Positions 26,501 to 41,500 of a DNA stretch of 64,000 nt are shown here, in pieces. The DNA comes from Malacoraja senta (taxonomy: Eukaryota). The position numbers and the translations under genes were made by a program. How positions within the stretch are numbered: the stretch's first letter is position 1; every line of letters starts with the position of its first letter. The notes beneath the pieces are model-generated. The model worked only from the letters and a program-made list of their open reading frames with translations, was not told the origin of the DNA and ran no database searches. The stretch is taken from the NCBI GenBank assembly GCA_038087875.1, contig CM075987.1:22630001-22694000 (forward strand). The letters are read 5' to 3'.

Positions 26501-29500
26501 AAGGAATAGGAGCACATCATTCTAGTTTATTCTTCATGACTTAATTTCCCGCCTCGATTACACAAACAGTAATAAACCCGTTGAGATGGAAAGATAAATC
26601 AGCCATGATTGAATGACGAAGTAGACTTGATGGGCCCAATTCTGCTCCTATAATTTATGAAACTCTGCTGAACAAAAATCCATAATCTCAGTTCTGATTT
26701 ATTCATTATTAACACCATTTTGGGGGAGATAATTTAAAATTTTCACGAGTGTGGAAAATCTTATACATTATCACACCCAAGGAATCTCTCTGAAGCTGGG
26801 GGTCATCAATTCAATTTCAATGATCACAAGCTATTTAGATACGAGGCAATCAAAATATATTCTCTCACTGAGAGAAATTCCTTGAGGCTCGGTGACGGTC
26901 AGGGGATGAATGACATGGCCAAGCCCGATTGTCCTTTGAAGTGACAACAATGCTATTGCTGTCTACACTGTGAAGACTGTAGACTTCACACCAATGAAGT
27001 CTGTGGTCTCTCAAGGAGGCAGCTCCAGGATTGTGGAGCAACAACAAAACAGAGCCATATAATAATGCAACTTTCGAGGTGAACATGCTAACCACTGCAA
27101 TTTGCAAGCGAATTAAATAGTATAAGATGCATTTAAATAGGACGACAGAACGATAGGAGATGCTGAAAGTGCAAGGTGAATGAAGCAGGTAGCAACTTTT
27201 ATTCAGCTTTGATACCAGTACAAAGGGGTTCAACGTAATTTTGTAGGTGAAACGTAGAAAAATATGGGCCATGTTTTGTACTTTTCAGATACCTGCTGGC
27301 ATGAGCTGAACTCCAGGCACTTCTGTCGATCCTGCATCTGGTACAAAAGATGTCATCAGTGGGTTCTCCATTCTTGTGACCTCCTCCTGGGAGCCAGTGG
27401 GATGCTCTTCAGCATGGTGCACCTGATCATACTCTGAACTAGGGGTGCTGGAGCAGAACGGCTGGGGAGTGGCTCTGCCTGACCCACACGCAAAGCCACC
27501 GCCGTCCTGGAGAAAGAACAAAAAGGTAGAGATGTGGTGAGCGGAAAGATCAGGGAACTAGGGGGAAAAAAGGTGGCAGCAGTGTCCAAAGATCGAATCT
27601 CACCTTCATCTGGATTTCAATTTGTCTGAGCTGTTGAATCCAATCTGGCTCCATTAGCAACTCCTGTTCAGATCTTTCCTTTGACTGAGGGTCAGAGAAT
27701 CGCAGCTGAGAGGAAATCTATTGGAGCACAATGAGACCAAATAGTGATGGGAGAAGAGAAAAAAAGGAGTATTAATATAATCAAATTAATATAATTAATA
27801 AATCCTGTTATATAACTGCTCTTGGTTTTTACCAGAGTAGCAACCGCTCATCTCAAATGACCTCCCATTGAACTGATTTGCTGAGCTTCATTTCCAATCA
27901 TGTGTAAACTGGAGTCACCCTTACGCTGTACTGGGTAAGAATAGCTGCTTTTTACTTCATGGGTATTAAACTTTAAAGTGGAGGGGCAAAGTTTAAAGGA
28001 GATGTGCAGGGCAAGGTCCCCACCCCCCACACACTGAGGGTGACGGATGCCTGGAACACGTTGCCAGGGGTGGTGGTGGTGGAAGACGCAATCGTGGCAT
28101 TTAAAATGCGTTTAGCTAGGTTCGTGAAAATGCAGGCAATTGAGGAATGTAGATCATGTGCAGGCAGATTAGTTTATCTTATCTTGGCACCATGTTTCCC
28201 ATCAATTTATTGCTTTCCCTTAACTTTCTCTGCTCTAAGAACAATTCCAGTTCTTGCACATTTTTTTGCACCCTGGTATCACTTTAAGCCTTTTGCTGAC
28301 CTTCTCTCAACCGTTAGCATTCTAAAATGTGGCTCACAAATCCAGAAACCAGCCACACATTCAGAGCTTTCTTTCTGCTGCCAGGCCACGAGTTAGAGAA
28401 CAGCGTGTTGTAAAATGCGAGCGTAGATAGTGAATTCATAACCTTTCAGTTGTTTGATTTGGAAGCCCAACACAACCATACCGTGGTCGAATAGATTTGG
28501 TAGTAACATAAATGATTCAAATCAACTTGCCATTGATTCACTTTCCTTTACACACCCTCTTGTATTTAATCTCTCCATCTCTCAGGAAGACATTCTTGAC
28601 ATGGAGCAGATCCAGAATCTTTAGCAGCACAAGTTGTCATTTCTCAAGAGCCGAGTCGTGTTTGTCGACATGACCAAAGACAAAGGTCAATCCTAATCGC
28701 ATCATCTGATCACATACTGTGCGTGAGGGTCAGGTATCTCAACTGCTTGGATAACTCTATCCCACTCCTGCTCAACTTCCATCAGCTCACTTGACATAAA
28801 AGGGGAGAGCAACCTTTTCCTCGTGGCTAAACATTGTTTACTGACCATAGGATGGAAATCTCCTTCACAGCCCCTCGTCATATTCCAGATCTTGCTCACA
28901 TTAGTCTGCAGGGCATTTATTTTGTCTCTCATGGAGATGCCAGACTCCACCCACCTGACTTGATTTAGCGCCACAGTGAGAACACAAACATTTCAGATTG
29001 CATCTCCACCCAGTTTGACATCACAATCAGAGATATCACTCTCAGCTCCTGACAACACCGTTGTTCTAAGATTGAAAGAGTCACTTCAGCATGGGCAAGA
29101 GACCTTCCAAAAACAAAAGAGGCTCCGTGGTACCGATAGTATAGCTCCTGCCTCATAGACCCAAAGAGAAAGATTTGATTGTGACTAAGAAAGAACTGCA
29201 GATGCTGGAAAATCGAAGGTAGACAAAAGTGCTGGATAAACTCAGCGGGTGCAGCAGCATCTATGGAGCGAAGGAAATAGGCAAAGTTTCGGGCCAAAAC
29301 CCTTCTTCAGACTGATGCAGGGTGGGGGGGGGCGGGGAGAAGAAAGGAGAAAAAAAGAGAAAAAAAAGGCAGTGATTGTGACCTCGAGTATTGCCTGTGT
29401 GGAGATTGTGCGTTCTCCCTGTACCTGTGCAGTTTTCCTCTGGGTGCTCCGGTTTCCTCCCGCAAGATATGTGGGTAGGCAGGTTAACTGACTACAGTAA

Positions 29501-32500
29501 ATTGCCCCTAGTAAATAGGAAAATCTGGGGGAAGTTGATGGAAACATTGGGAGAATAGAACAAAGTGAAATGAATGTAGGATTTATGTAAAATGGTAGCT
29601 GATGGTCAATGCAGTATCAGAGAGCCACAGTGCCCGTTTCTAAACTCTAAGCCCCCAGCTCGCAACAATGCTTATTGCATCTAACTGTAGCAGGTGGCAA
29701 CTCCCTGGTTGGTATTCACCCCCCTCCCTTCACCAAGAGCTCTAAGCACATCCTTACCCATGCTGACCTCCATCAATCAGACACTCCATAGGTACAATGC
29801 TGCACTGTGGCAAGCATTAAGTTTTCAGAATTCCTTTCTTAATGGCATTGAGGGTGATTTGGCTTTTCTCTGGATTTTAAGGTGGCTGGTGATATGGATG
29901 ATCCGGTGGTCTCAGCAACAGGTGCAGCAGGTAGTGGGTGATGCGTATGCAGGTTGGGTGGTCTAGAAGGTGCTCTTTCCACTGGGTACACTGAACTTCT
30001 GCATGTTCCCAAAAGGAACGCAAGATAATGCATCACCATGAATGGCCAGTGAGAAACATTTATGTTCATTTACTTAACCTCCCATGGAAGATTTTGCAGA
30101 GATGGAGTTGATGGTATCTGTCCGGTAGGTTGAGATGCCTGCAGTGTCAGTAGCATACGAAAGGGCAGTGATCACTGCTGCTTATAATTACATGGTCATT
30201 CAGCTCAGCAGGGTCACCAGGCTGTTTATCCTTTACAAGCTATTCCCATCTTTCTGCATGTCACCTCACTGGCATAATCTTGCATTAATTTCTCTAGTTT
30301 TATATATTTCCCCCTTAAATGCATCCTTTTTTTTTTTTTGCCTCATGGACATTTTCACTTCTCTGCGGTAAAGTTCCACTCAAATTTTTCATTGTGTTCA
30401 TCTTACATTCATGGCCCTTTGGCTTCTGGGAGAGCCATGTTTTTGAAAAACATATTTACATTCTACAGTCAATTATCCTACCTGAATGAGCTGTCCCAAT
30501 AAGACGGGTGAATAATAGGCTGGATTCCTGAGGATGGTTCTTGAAATGACTTCACAATAGTGAAAAGCTTGTGCCGCCAAGCCCATCTCAGCCAGTCGAC
30601 ATGCGTAAATGAATTTAAACACCTAAGAGGTTGAAACAAAGTTCACATTACAAAAGGAAGTAGTCAAACCACAACAAATTGTCATTTTCAAGTACCAAGG
30701 AGCTTTGTATGGGAGGGAGGATTTTGGGGAGAGCGTAAACATAACTTCAAGTTTCTCATACCTGAAAGTTGGGAAGGAAGCATGTTTGGCTGCCCAAAGC
30801 CTGTGCATACTCGTAAGCCTCTGTGCGCTGGATGGCTTCATTTGAAGCAAATTTCAGAAATGACCAACTGAAAGTAAAAACAAAATTTCAGAACATAATC
30901 TGAAAACTGCCGTTCGATGTAGTCATTATTAAATTACTGCTGTTTTTGGTTCTGCCACATCCCAGACTTAAAATTGAACACCAAGCAAATGTCTACCCTT
31001 ATCAGGACCAGTTAATATCCCACACAAAAGCATGCTCAAGATCCTAGCCCACTCCTGGATTTGGAGTGGAGTGTTGTGCACTAGTGCTGCAGCCACTCTA
31101 TAAGGTCGCCACTGGGAAAGATCGCTCCTTTTTGAGAAATAAATTAAATGAAAGCCGTGTCCTCACATCGGACTATTCTGAGGAACAGCAAGGGGGCTCT
31201 TTTCCAGATCAATGTTTTTCATTCAACCACCCGAGATGATCACAGTTTGGTTCTTGCTCTGTATATTTGGCTGCCATGTTCATTGGCTTGATGGCTCAGA
31301 CATGTAGGAGAAGCACCACATAAATACTTGAAGCTCATCTGCAATAAAGCGCCAGCGAACCAGGATAACAATCACAGAACTGTACTGTATTTATTACCAC
31401 GAAGAGCGGACAAGTTGAAAAGACATCCAATACTCGTGGCCTAGTGATTCCACAGCCAAGTGAAAGAGCAACGTGTTGAAACTGGGATTATACGCAGGGC
31501 GTATGACCAACTGTCTAACAAAGCCTCGCCAAATCCCACTGGGAGATCCAGCTCTCCTCAGGTGGCTTCTCTTGTCAACATGACAAAGCTATTCTCCATA
31601 TCAGAAATCTTACACATGCCAAAAATACCAGGTTTCAGATTTGATTTCACACTTACAGCCCAGATATGGCACATTTTGTAGCATTTTTTTCTCTGAATAA
31701 GAGAACTGCTGCTTTGTTGCACGCAGTTAAACACAATTGGGGCAAACAAATCCTGTGTAATACTGAAGGAGTTTCAACTGTGGAAGACGCAGTTTTTGTG
31801 GCAAGGGGTGGACAAGATAGGACCACCCCCCGTACCCCTTGCTGGAAGTGCAGAAGGAAATTGCCCCTGGGGTTCCCGCCTAACATTTCTCAAAATGCCA
31901 CCAAAACATATCCTCTCATTCATTTTTTTTCCTTACGATTTGCTATGCATAAGATGGCTAGTATATTTATAAGAGAACACCCCAGTCTGGGATTCCAAGG
32001 AGTTAAAGTTAATGAGTTGCTTCTTACCTGGCTAGTAAATACAAGGCATTACACCAGCTCACCTGTGATTTGAACCAATCAGAACGAGTTTTGTGGATTT
32101 TCTAGTGTATACTCCAAATCCAACCTGTGCCATCAGGTAACAGAAATGAGAAGCATCTAATAATCCCTTGACAGCTACAAGGAAAAAGAGGAACACGACT
32201 GTTAACATTGTCTTCATACTTTCATTCAGCCCCTTAAACCTACTTTGCATTTCATGAGAATACGTCCATCCTACATTTCGCCACAATATAAAGTGCTGGA
32301 GGAACTCAGCGAGTCAGACAACATCTGTGGAGGGAACGGATAGGCGACGTTTCGTCCATGAACCCTTCTTCAGACTCCGAAGACTCTCGACCCAAAACAT
32401 TATTTATCTGTTCCTTCAACAGATGCTGACTGACCCGTCGACTTCCTCCAGTACTTTGTGTTTTGCTCAAGTTTCCAGCATCTGCGGTTCTTTGTCGCGA

Positions 32501-35500
32501 TTTAGCCACAAACCTCCATGACACCCAAACCAGAGATAAATCTCATGAACATTACAATTACCTCCCCCAACCTCACAACTTGTTTTGAGGAGGATTCCAG
32601 ATTTCTGCTACATTTTGTACGAAAATGGATTCAATGTACTAAATGGATTAAAGTATTTTTGCACACTTCAAATAAAAATGATTAGACTTGTTTACAAGCA
32701 TGGAAGGACTATTGGGACAGTTTTCATTCTTTGGCTGGCTTAACTCTTTGACTTTACGTATCACCATCAAAAGGGTTGAAAAACATCACTTTGTAGGAAG
32801 CAATTAAAAGGCGGCTCCCATGAAAAAAGGAGAAAATGGTGGAGGGGGAATTAAGCACCATTATTTTCAGATATTCCTAGAACTGGAACATACCAAGCGT
32901 ATCTCCCATGGTGGTGATGGTTCTTCTGTCCAAGTCTGGTCCGTTGGAAAGGTTGGACAGCACCATGGCGAGGTGGGGCCGCCAGTCTCCCCACTTCTCA
33001 TCTCCACAACACTGAAAGGTGAAAAATAAGCAAGAGACAGGCATGTTACAGGCTAGAAATGTCTTAACGTTACTGAGATTCCTGCTTCTATGGCAAATCT
33101 ATGAACAACTGTACTGCACTACAGTGGGTCCGCAATCAAGACTTGGGAAGTGGGTGGAGTATGGAAAGCCGATAATATTTTCTTTAATAGGTAGTTCTTA
33201 GCACTGCCCAATGATAAAATATTTCACTTTTCATTGTGCCATTTCATTGAAAGCAGTCCCAAGTATGTCCTATTGAGTTCAAATGTGCTGACTGAGAACT
33301 TGATTACCAGAAGGATCTCCAGCAAGGCTAATCATGCCCTTTTCACCAATGCACTTCCCCGCTAGACGTGCACTTTGCAGCTGTGGAAATGACACTAGGG
33401 TAATGTTGGAAAAATCCAGAGAATGTACAGCCCATTGTTGGAAATTAGCATTTAAGATGCATTGTTTAAGAAGGAACTGCAGATGCTGGAAAATCGAAGG
33501 TAGACAATGCTGGAGAAACTCAGCGGGTGAGGCAGCAACTATGGAGCGAAGGAAATAGGCGATGTTTCGGGTCGATACCCTTCTTCAGACTCGACCCGAA
33601 ACGTCGCCTATTTCCTTCGCTCCATAGATGCTGCCTCACCCGCTGAGTTTCTCCAGCATTGTCTACCTTCGATTTTCCAGCATCTGCAGTTCCTTCTTAA
33701 ACGTGGCATCTTAAATGCTCATTTCCAACAATGGGCTTTACATTCTCTGGAGTAGAGTTGCTGTCTTACAGTGCGAGAGACCTGGGTTCAATCTTGACTG
33801 CGAGTGTTGTCAGTATGGAGTTTGTACGTTCTCCCCGTGACCTGCGCGGGTTTTCTCTGGGATCTCCGGTTTCCTCCCACACCCCAAAGACGTGTGTAAA
33901 TTAACTTTCTTGGTATAATTGTATATTGTTCCTAGTGTGTGTAGAATAATGCAAGTGTGCGGGGATCACTGGTCGGTGCGGACCTGGTGGGCCGAAAGGC
34001 CCGTTTCCATGCTGTATCTCTAAGCTAAACACAACTTACTTTCTCCAGAGATAAGCTGTGCGCTACTGTTTGATGAGTCAGTGATGCTATTTTTAAAAAA
34101 AATCAGATTGAAAAGTACAAATCAGACTCACCGTGGCTGAAGCTGGCATGCGGCCTGACATCAACTGGTACACTGTCTGCAGAGGATCGTTGATGGGTAG
34201 GCTATTGGCAAACCTACAAAGAACGAAGCTTAACTTATTAGACTGTATATTGTATTGGGTAGGATTTCCTAAGGATAAAACATCAGGGCATATCAAGATG
34301 ACAGAAGGCAAGGTGCAATATATTTCCAGCTCCCCTGGTCTGAAGGACAGGGCAGGGTCAATTGAGAACATAATTCTGTTCTTTCATTCCTTAAGCTTGA
34401 ACAGCTGCGATATACCATGCATCAACCCAAGACTTCACCCCAGATAAGGACTGTTAATAGACTACTCATCTTCGCGGGTAACCATCGAGCCCAACCCATG
34501 ACCAGAGATCTGGATAGCATTCTAGAGCATAAACACTTAGTAGATTCTGCCACTTCACTGCTAAATACTTTGTCAAATGCCCAGGAATCCACTGGACCAG
34601 GCAAAGTCTATTCATACCACTGCTTGTAGGTTGATAATCACTTGACAGCATCTATTTACTTCCTAAGAAACTGACGATAAAATAAGATTGAGTACCAAGC
34701 CAATATCATATACTTTGTAGTCTACAATATTATGAAAGAGGGAGGGAAATGGAAGGCAGGGGTGGAAGACTTGAGCATGGGACAGTTTATCATTTAACAA
34801 ACTCTAAACAAGTTGGGGCCTATTGTGATAATTAACAACAGCGTTAGGCTTAAGAGGTGGCACCAGTAAGCCCATGTAAAGTATTACAAATATTGAGAGA
34901 GACAAATAGACTGCAAGATGCTGGACACTCCCAGACTGTTTGATTAAGAGGACAGACAATACCAGACAGCAAATGAAGTAGATCAGTGTTATTTCCAAAA
35001 TCTATCAAAATATTGACCTTTGGAGGCCATCTTACATTAAGAGTTTAGCAAAGATTATCAGGTACAGTTGCTTTCAATCGCATTCAGCTGTTTTTTATAC
35101 TCTGACACTCAGGTATATAAAATATTATAATCTTAAATAATTAATGGAGGTTGAAAAGGGACTAAAATCTTATCGATGTCAAAATCGTAGTTGTTTTATG
35201 AATTGTACAATGCTTTCGATCCTGTGTGGCAAAACGTTTATTAATAAAGCCCAACTCATTTTGGGACAAACATTTAATTGGACTTCCAGGCGAGTTTATC
35301 TTACGTCAGCAACTGTGACTGAGGGATCTCATTCCTACCAGTGGGAGGAGATGGTTAAACAAGGAGATCCACTGTCCCCTAGGCTGTCCCCTTGTTGGAC
35401 AAAGAGTGGTGTCGTTTTACTGTACCAACCCGGCTTTTGCTGACGTTGCTTTAGTAAATGATTCACTTATGAGAATGGTGTGGAATTAAGGTCCTTGAGG

Positions 35501-38500
35501 TTTTGTTCAAATATATACTTGACCAATAATATTAGTCATCTAGCACCTTCTCCAGTAGTCTACAACTCGACATGGTATTGCAAACGTGGTCTACATAGAT
35601 TTAGCTTTACTACTGCTTTGTAAATCTATTCGTGCACCAAAGATAAATGGGAATTTTGGACAATGTTGAACGGAGACCCTACCTGGTCATGACCTTTGCA
35701 TGCGTCCGATTGTCCATTTTGCTGGCCAGTAAGAGAGCATGACCCCACAGACCATGCTTCATTGCAGATTCCAGGGCATCCTGCAAACACATCTCGGTCA
35801 ACAAGGAATATATGCCACATAGCCCAACCTTCCCCACCTTCCAACATTCCCATTGGAACCGGTGCCAGCCCATCAAGGAGATTTGAAGATCTGATTTGGA
35901 AAATTACCTTCTTGCGGCCAAAGAGCAGCAATTCCCGGAAACGCTCGGTGTCCTTGCTGGTACACTCTGTCACAATGTTGTCAAGGAAGCTGTCAGCAAG
36001 GAGAGAGGCACAGGACTCATCTTCTGCACGTGGAACCAAGTCGTTGTTGAAGTCAATCAGATTGGCTTCATTTGGCGATTTGCCAGGAAGCCAGACGGAT
36101 CGGTGTTCCCGCAGCAGGAGCTCAGCAATGTCTGTACCAATCACTGTCTGTAATGCACAATGATGCCAAGAAACACTTTCATTTACAATCCCAACAAATG
36201 CAAACAGAAAACTTGTTTTAAGCTTTGATCTTTGTGGTACTCAATGGTTATGGAACGGCAGCCAGTGGGCATTCAATATCATCAACTCCCTAGAAGTAAG
36301 AGGGAAATGGAAATAAAATGTACACATAGCAATCAAAAATGTCCCCAAACTCAGAACATCCCTATTGGCAATTTACAAACAAATTAATGCAGTACATAGA
36401 ATCCTGCACACACGAGATTTCATGCACTGTATTAATTATTGGATAAAATAATGTTTCAGAGATGTTGGCTAAGGCATAAATATTAATCTGCCACACTAGG
36501 AAGGCTCGAAGTACATCTGTTAATTTCTGCAGATGGATGTGAGAATTACCAGGAAATATTTCATCCTCATCTATTGTTGTACAGTCTATGCATAACACTG
36601 CCATCCCTTGTATATAATCGGTGCCTGCACAGAAAGAAATGAAATCTTAGTCCTACCCAGTTAAGAGGATCACATCACAGTGGAGGCTTTAAATGCAAAC
36701 CAAGCAATCACTTATCAAACATAAAGCAACCAATGCAAGTGAGATTACGTGGCTTCAATTCCGGAAAATTCATAAAATGCAGTAACTCACCCCATTTTGC
36801 CTACATAGCAGGACAATCAGGTCCCATAACAGGTTGGCTGACTCCTTATCCAGTAGCTCTTCATTTCTTAAGCACTCTGTGGCCTTGTTTTGGGAAAAGT
36901 TGATGACATCAACTTTATGAGTCTCTTCCCTGAAACAAAATCAGATTGAACCTTCAACCTTTAAAATTCACTCAGCAATTATTTAATCAGGAGCAGTGCA
37001 GGGAGTTTAGGAGTACACTTAAATAGAGGCAACCTTGAGATGTGGATTGTGTAAAATGGAGGCAAATCAACATTGTGTATAAAGCCAGACAAAAATGCTG
37101 GAGAAACCCAGCGGGTGAGGTAGCATCTATGGAGCGAAGGAAATAGGCAGCGTTTCGGGCCGAGACGTTGCCTATTTCCTTCGCTCCATAGATGCTGCCT
37201 CACCCGCTGAGTTCCTCCAGCATTTTTGTCTGGCTTTCGATTTTCCAGCATCTGCAGTTCCTTCTTAAACATTGTGTATAAAGCTAATGCTTTCAGATTA
37301 TTAGGATGTACTCTGATATCTTCTCCAGAGATTTGTATTGGGTTCTAGTTTTTCATTACATACTTGAAAAACTAGGACAAAGGGTACAAAGTCGTGTTAA
37401 AAACATTTTATAGATGGATTAAGTTAGAAGACCCAGCAAATTATGCAATAGGAATTGAGAGGAAGTGGTAAATCTCTAAAACAATGTATCAAGTATAAAA
37501 ACATTATTAAAAATGATAACCATTGTTATGTATTGTAGAAGGACGGGGGGGGGGGGGGGGGGGGGAAAGCCTGACAAACGTGGCCGTTCTGAAAAAGGTG
37601 AAAGTTAGTTTCAGTACCCGGGCCGGGAGCATGGCACTCCCAAATCCCAACTGAGGACAAACACAAACACATCAGCAGTGCTACATTAGCTTTGTTAAAG
37701 AGACATGCAAATCCATCATTCTGATGCTAATCTTTAACAACTCATACCGAGACGACTCTACAGAAATATGGCTTGTATTTAAGTTTAGACGGTTGATAGT
37801 GATCTAATCAAACTAATTAAAATGATTAAGGAATCTGTTTTCTTCATTGTAGTTACCCTGTTTGGTGGGGGAAAAAAATCATAACCAAGGGCACAAGCAT
37901 CTGCAGTTCCTTCTTAAGCACAAGTTTAATATTAGGGTTAGCCCATTTAGAAGCAAATTTCAAAAAGCACTTCACACTAATTCTACAAATGGTTTGAATT
38001 ATTAGGTAAGATTATGGAAAGGCCAATTGGAAGTAGGGCAAGAGTAACTGTGAAGCTTAAAGGGCCTGTCCCACCAGCGATTGCATGCGTCTAGCGCGAC
38101 CAAATGTGGTCGCTTGAGGCGTACGGCCACGCGGGGCTGGTCCCACTTCAAACCGCGGAGGCGTATGGAGTTGTGCGGGGCTGGTCCTGACATCATACTC
38201 ATCAATCAGCTGGGCAGGAGGCGGGCCGACTGAATTTGGGTGTCGCACGGCGTTGGGCGGTGACGTCATCACGCAACGGCACGCCGGGCGGTGACGTCAT
38301 CGCGCAACACCACGCGCTAGGCGTACGCTGTCAAGACGCTGCGTATGCCATCAAGACGCTGCGTACGCCCTCAATGCGCCTGTGTGCCGACAGGCCGTTG
38401 GCGCACGGAATTTTCGAAGCCCCGGATTTTCGGAGCCCCACGCGATGTCGGGACCAGCCCCGCACAACTCCATACGCCTCCGCGGTTCGAAGTGGGACCG

Positions 38501-41500
38501 GCCCCGCGCGGCCGTACGCCTCAAGCGACCACGTTTGGTCGCGCTAGACGCATGCAATCGCATGCTGGCGGGACAGGCCCTTAAGACTAAGAGTGGTAGA
38601 ACTTTTAGGCAAGGTGCACAGTAAAAAAGTTTGGAAAGTTATCTCCATGATCAAACGGCAAAATTAAATCATTGTCACAAGAGTTAATCCTAAGTAAAGG
38701 GTGTTATTCATGCATTTGTAATTTTTTATAATAAAAAATTCAAATCTTCATTGTAAGTGAGACAATAGACTTTGTCATATTGTGCCTCTCCCATACCTCA
38801 AAATAGTTTACTTCTGGGACTAGGGTCATTATGAAGACCTGCTAATTATACACACACAAATTGACCAACTATCAATTGCTGGTCCTGTGTCAGAACCACT
38901 GTACAACCAAAATCTCTCTGGGAGGTGTGGAGTCAAGGAACTTACTTTGCTAATGGCCCTGGGAAGCTCCTCAACTCCTCCTGTTCAGGCATGTGCTGCA
39001 ACATGGTCTGGAAGCAGAACAATACAAGTCAGCGACACGCAGGACGACCAACAATGTTATCATTATTAATCCACGCTCTCATGTTCAAGGACCATGAAGG
39101 TTTTGGGATTTCCTCTCTTATTATTCTCCTCATTCAATCCAGGAGAGGACATTTCAGCCATAGGTACCTCCACCTAAAAGTATTCTTTCTCAGTTCCTCT
39201 GAGGACAAGGTGATTTTCTGGCCAGTGTGTGCTTTTTCCCTCCAGATTACATACTCGCCTCCTCTCCCTTCGGTTCAAACCCCAGGTGAAAACCAGGCTC
39301 TTTCTTTCAGATTCAGAGATTAAAATTTAAGGTTTGTTTCGGATGTAAACTTCAATCTCTCTTGCATGCTGAAATTTTCTGGCATTTACCTCTAGCTGTT
39401 AACCCTTTACCACTGTAATTTAAATGTTCATGTTCCAATTGAGAAACAGCCAGGAGCTTTGATCTCAATAACTCCTGAATATGGTATAAAAGATATAGAA
39501 TAATCACATGAGCATGCTGCCATCACGACACGATCAGCGAAGGATGCCCAATTGTTTCCCCAAATCTTTGCCAGTACCGAGGTAAAACCAGTGCAGAGAG
39601 GGGACAAGGTACAGGTGGGGCATGTCCTTCCCTGCTGATCCCCACACAACCCACCCTATCAATGGCAGAAAACAACGTCTTTACATCTGCAGTCCAAGCT
39701 TACTTGTGCATGATCATTGAAAAATATCAGCACTGGAGATGCAAGGCAAACTGCATCAGCGAAGGGGGAAGCTTAACATTTCAAGTCTTTCATCACATTG
39801 TAATGAATATAACAAGCTCATTTTAAGTTGCAGAGGTGGGGAAAACTATGGGAATGTAAGTGCCCAATGAAGGTTGACTAAGGTGACAGATACACTGTTG
39901 GTGTAATGTAAGATTGTGAATACTCCAGACAGATCAGCTACAATCAACAAGTATTCATTTTCCTCTCCCTCCTCAGATGCTGCACAATTTGTTGAATAGC
40001 TCCAACATTCTCCGTTTCAAGCTCAGACCTCCAGTCTCAACAGTTCCTTCTGTTTTACAGCCAGCACGATGATGTAATATTAACACACATGCTGGATGAT
40101 CCAGAGGTATGAGCAGTAATGAAACAATCAGGCCAAAACAAAAGATATTATGAATGTTAGAAGAGGAGTCCTGATCCCTGCCGTGTATAATCTATTGTAC
40201 CTCCAGGCTGTGTATTTCAACCAGTGCAGGTTGGCCCTCTGAAGGCAGGTTGCTCAACACTTTCAGCAACTGCCCTCCAGGGCTAAACCGGACACAAAGA
40301 TGAGGAATTGTAAATTTCTCTGGTGTCACAGGTCTTGGAGGAGCTGGTGGGGGAAAAAAACAGTTTTAATGCAAAGGATTGGCTCAAGCAAACATACAAT
40401 ACAATACTTTATTAATCCCCTTATTCAGGGGAAAAACATTGTCTCATCTGTAGCTATCCCCACTTACAGCCCCTGACATCCTAATGGTATCGTAGCCTAG
40501 AACTTACTCCCACATATGTCATTAACCCTACACCAATCCCAGGTTTTCCACCATTTTTCATATAAAATCCCTTCAGTTTCACTCCATACATTAACTTTGA
40601 GATTTCAGTTCGATATACCATGTCCCTGCTTGTCATTTTATGTGACCGTACGTATAGATTTGTTAAACAGGATTAAGTGTAGATGAACATACCTGTCTCC
40701 ACAGGCTGCCAGCCTGTTTCTGCTGGGAATCCATACTGATAATCGGAATAGTTAGGTTGGACAGTGTTTTCTGAGTATTGCCCATATGTGTAATCGGCAG
40801 CGATGGTTGCCTGACTCGGTTGTTCAAAAGGGACAGCCAAATCCTGTTGACTCCTGTAAACCTGGCTCTACAGAGGATAAAGTCCAGTTAGAGGGCGAGG
40901 AAAAATTTGCTTATTTTACAGACATGCATTGTTTTATTTTCATGCAATCCCACTATAAAGTCTCCTGTCCAGAAACGTAATGGAAACAAGATGTGCAAAC
41001 ACATCGTGCTGCAACTCTGTCATCCTGCCAAAGTACATGGCAATGCAATCACTAGAAGGCTCGCTTACAGCAAAACAGTGAATGCACGAATAATAATAAT
41101 AATAATAAATAGCAGGATGTATATATAACAACTTATTTTAAGATTTAAAATTATTTTCATTAAAATAGATGATGAACATCAAATGCACAAGAATCCTTGG
41201 AGATGGAGAGAGAAATAGACACTTTCATTGTTAAGCACAACCTGCATCTGGATTCACGACCAATGGGGAAATAAAACAAAATGTTGTGCAGAAGACAAAA
41301 ATCAACACATCTCAAACGTGAAACCCTCATGACAGCACTTGACGCAGCAAGAAGATATGCTGTCTCAGTGTCAGAGACCCGGTTCGATTCTGACCCCCTG
41401 CTGCTGTCTGTTTGAAGTTTGCACGTTCTCCCTGTAATCGTGTGTGCACCGATTTCCTCCCACATCCCAAAGACGTGTAGGTTTGTAGATTAATCAGCCT

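Noticed and set aside
35626-36144. 172-aa ORF
   Set aside because: Exon 10 plus read-through of a 127-nt intron.
38002-38624. Near-identical ORFs on opposite strands
   Set aside because: Product of the MITE inverted repeats.
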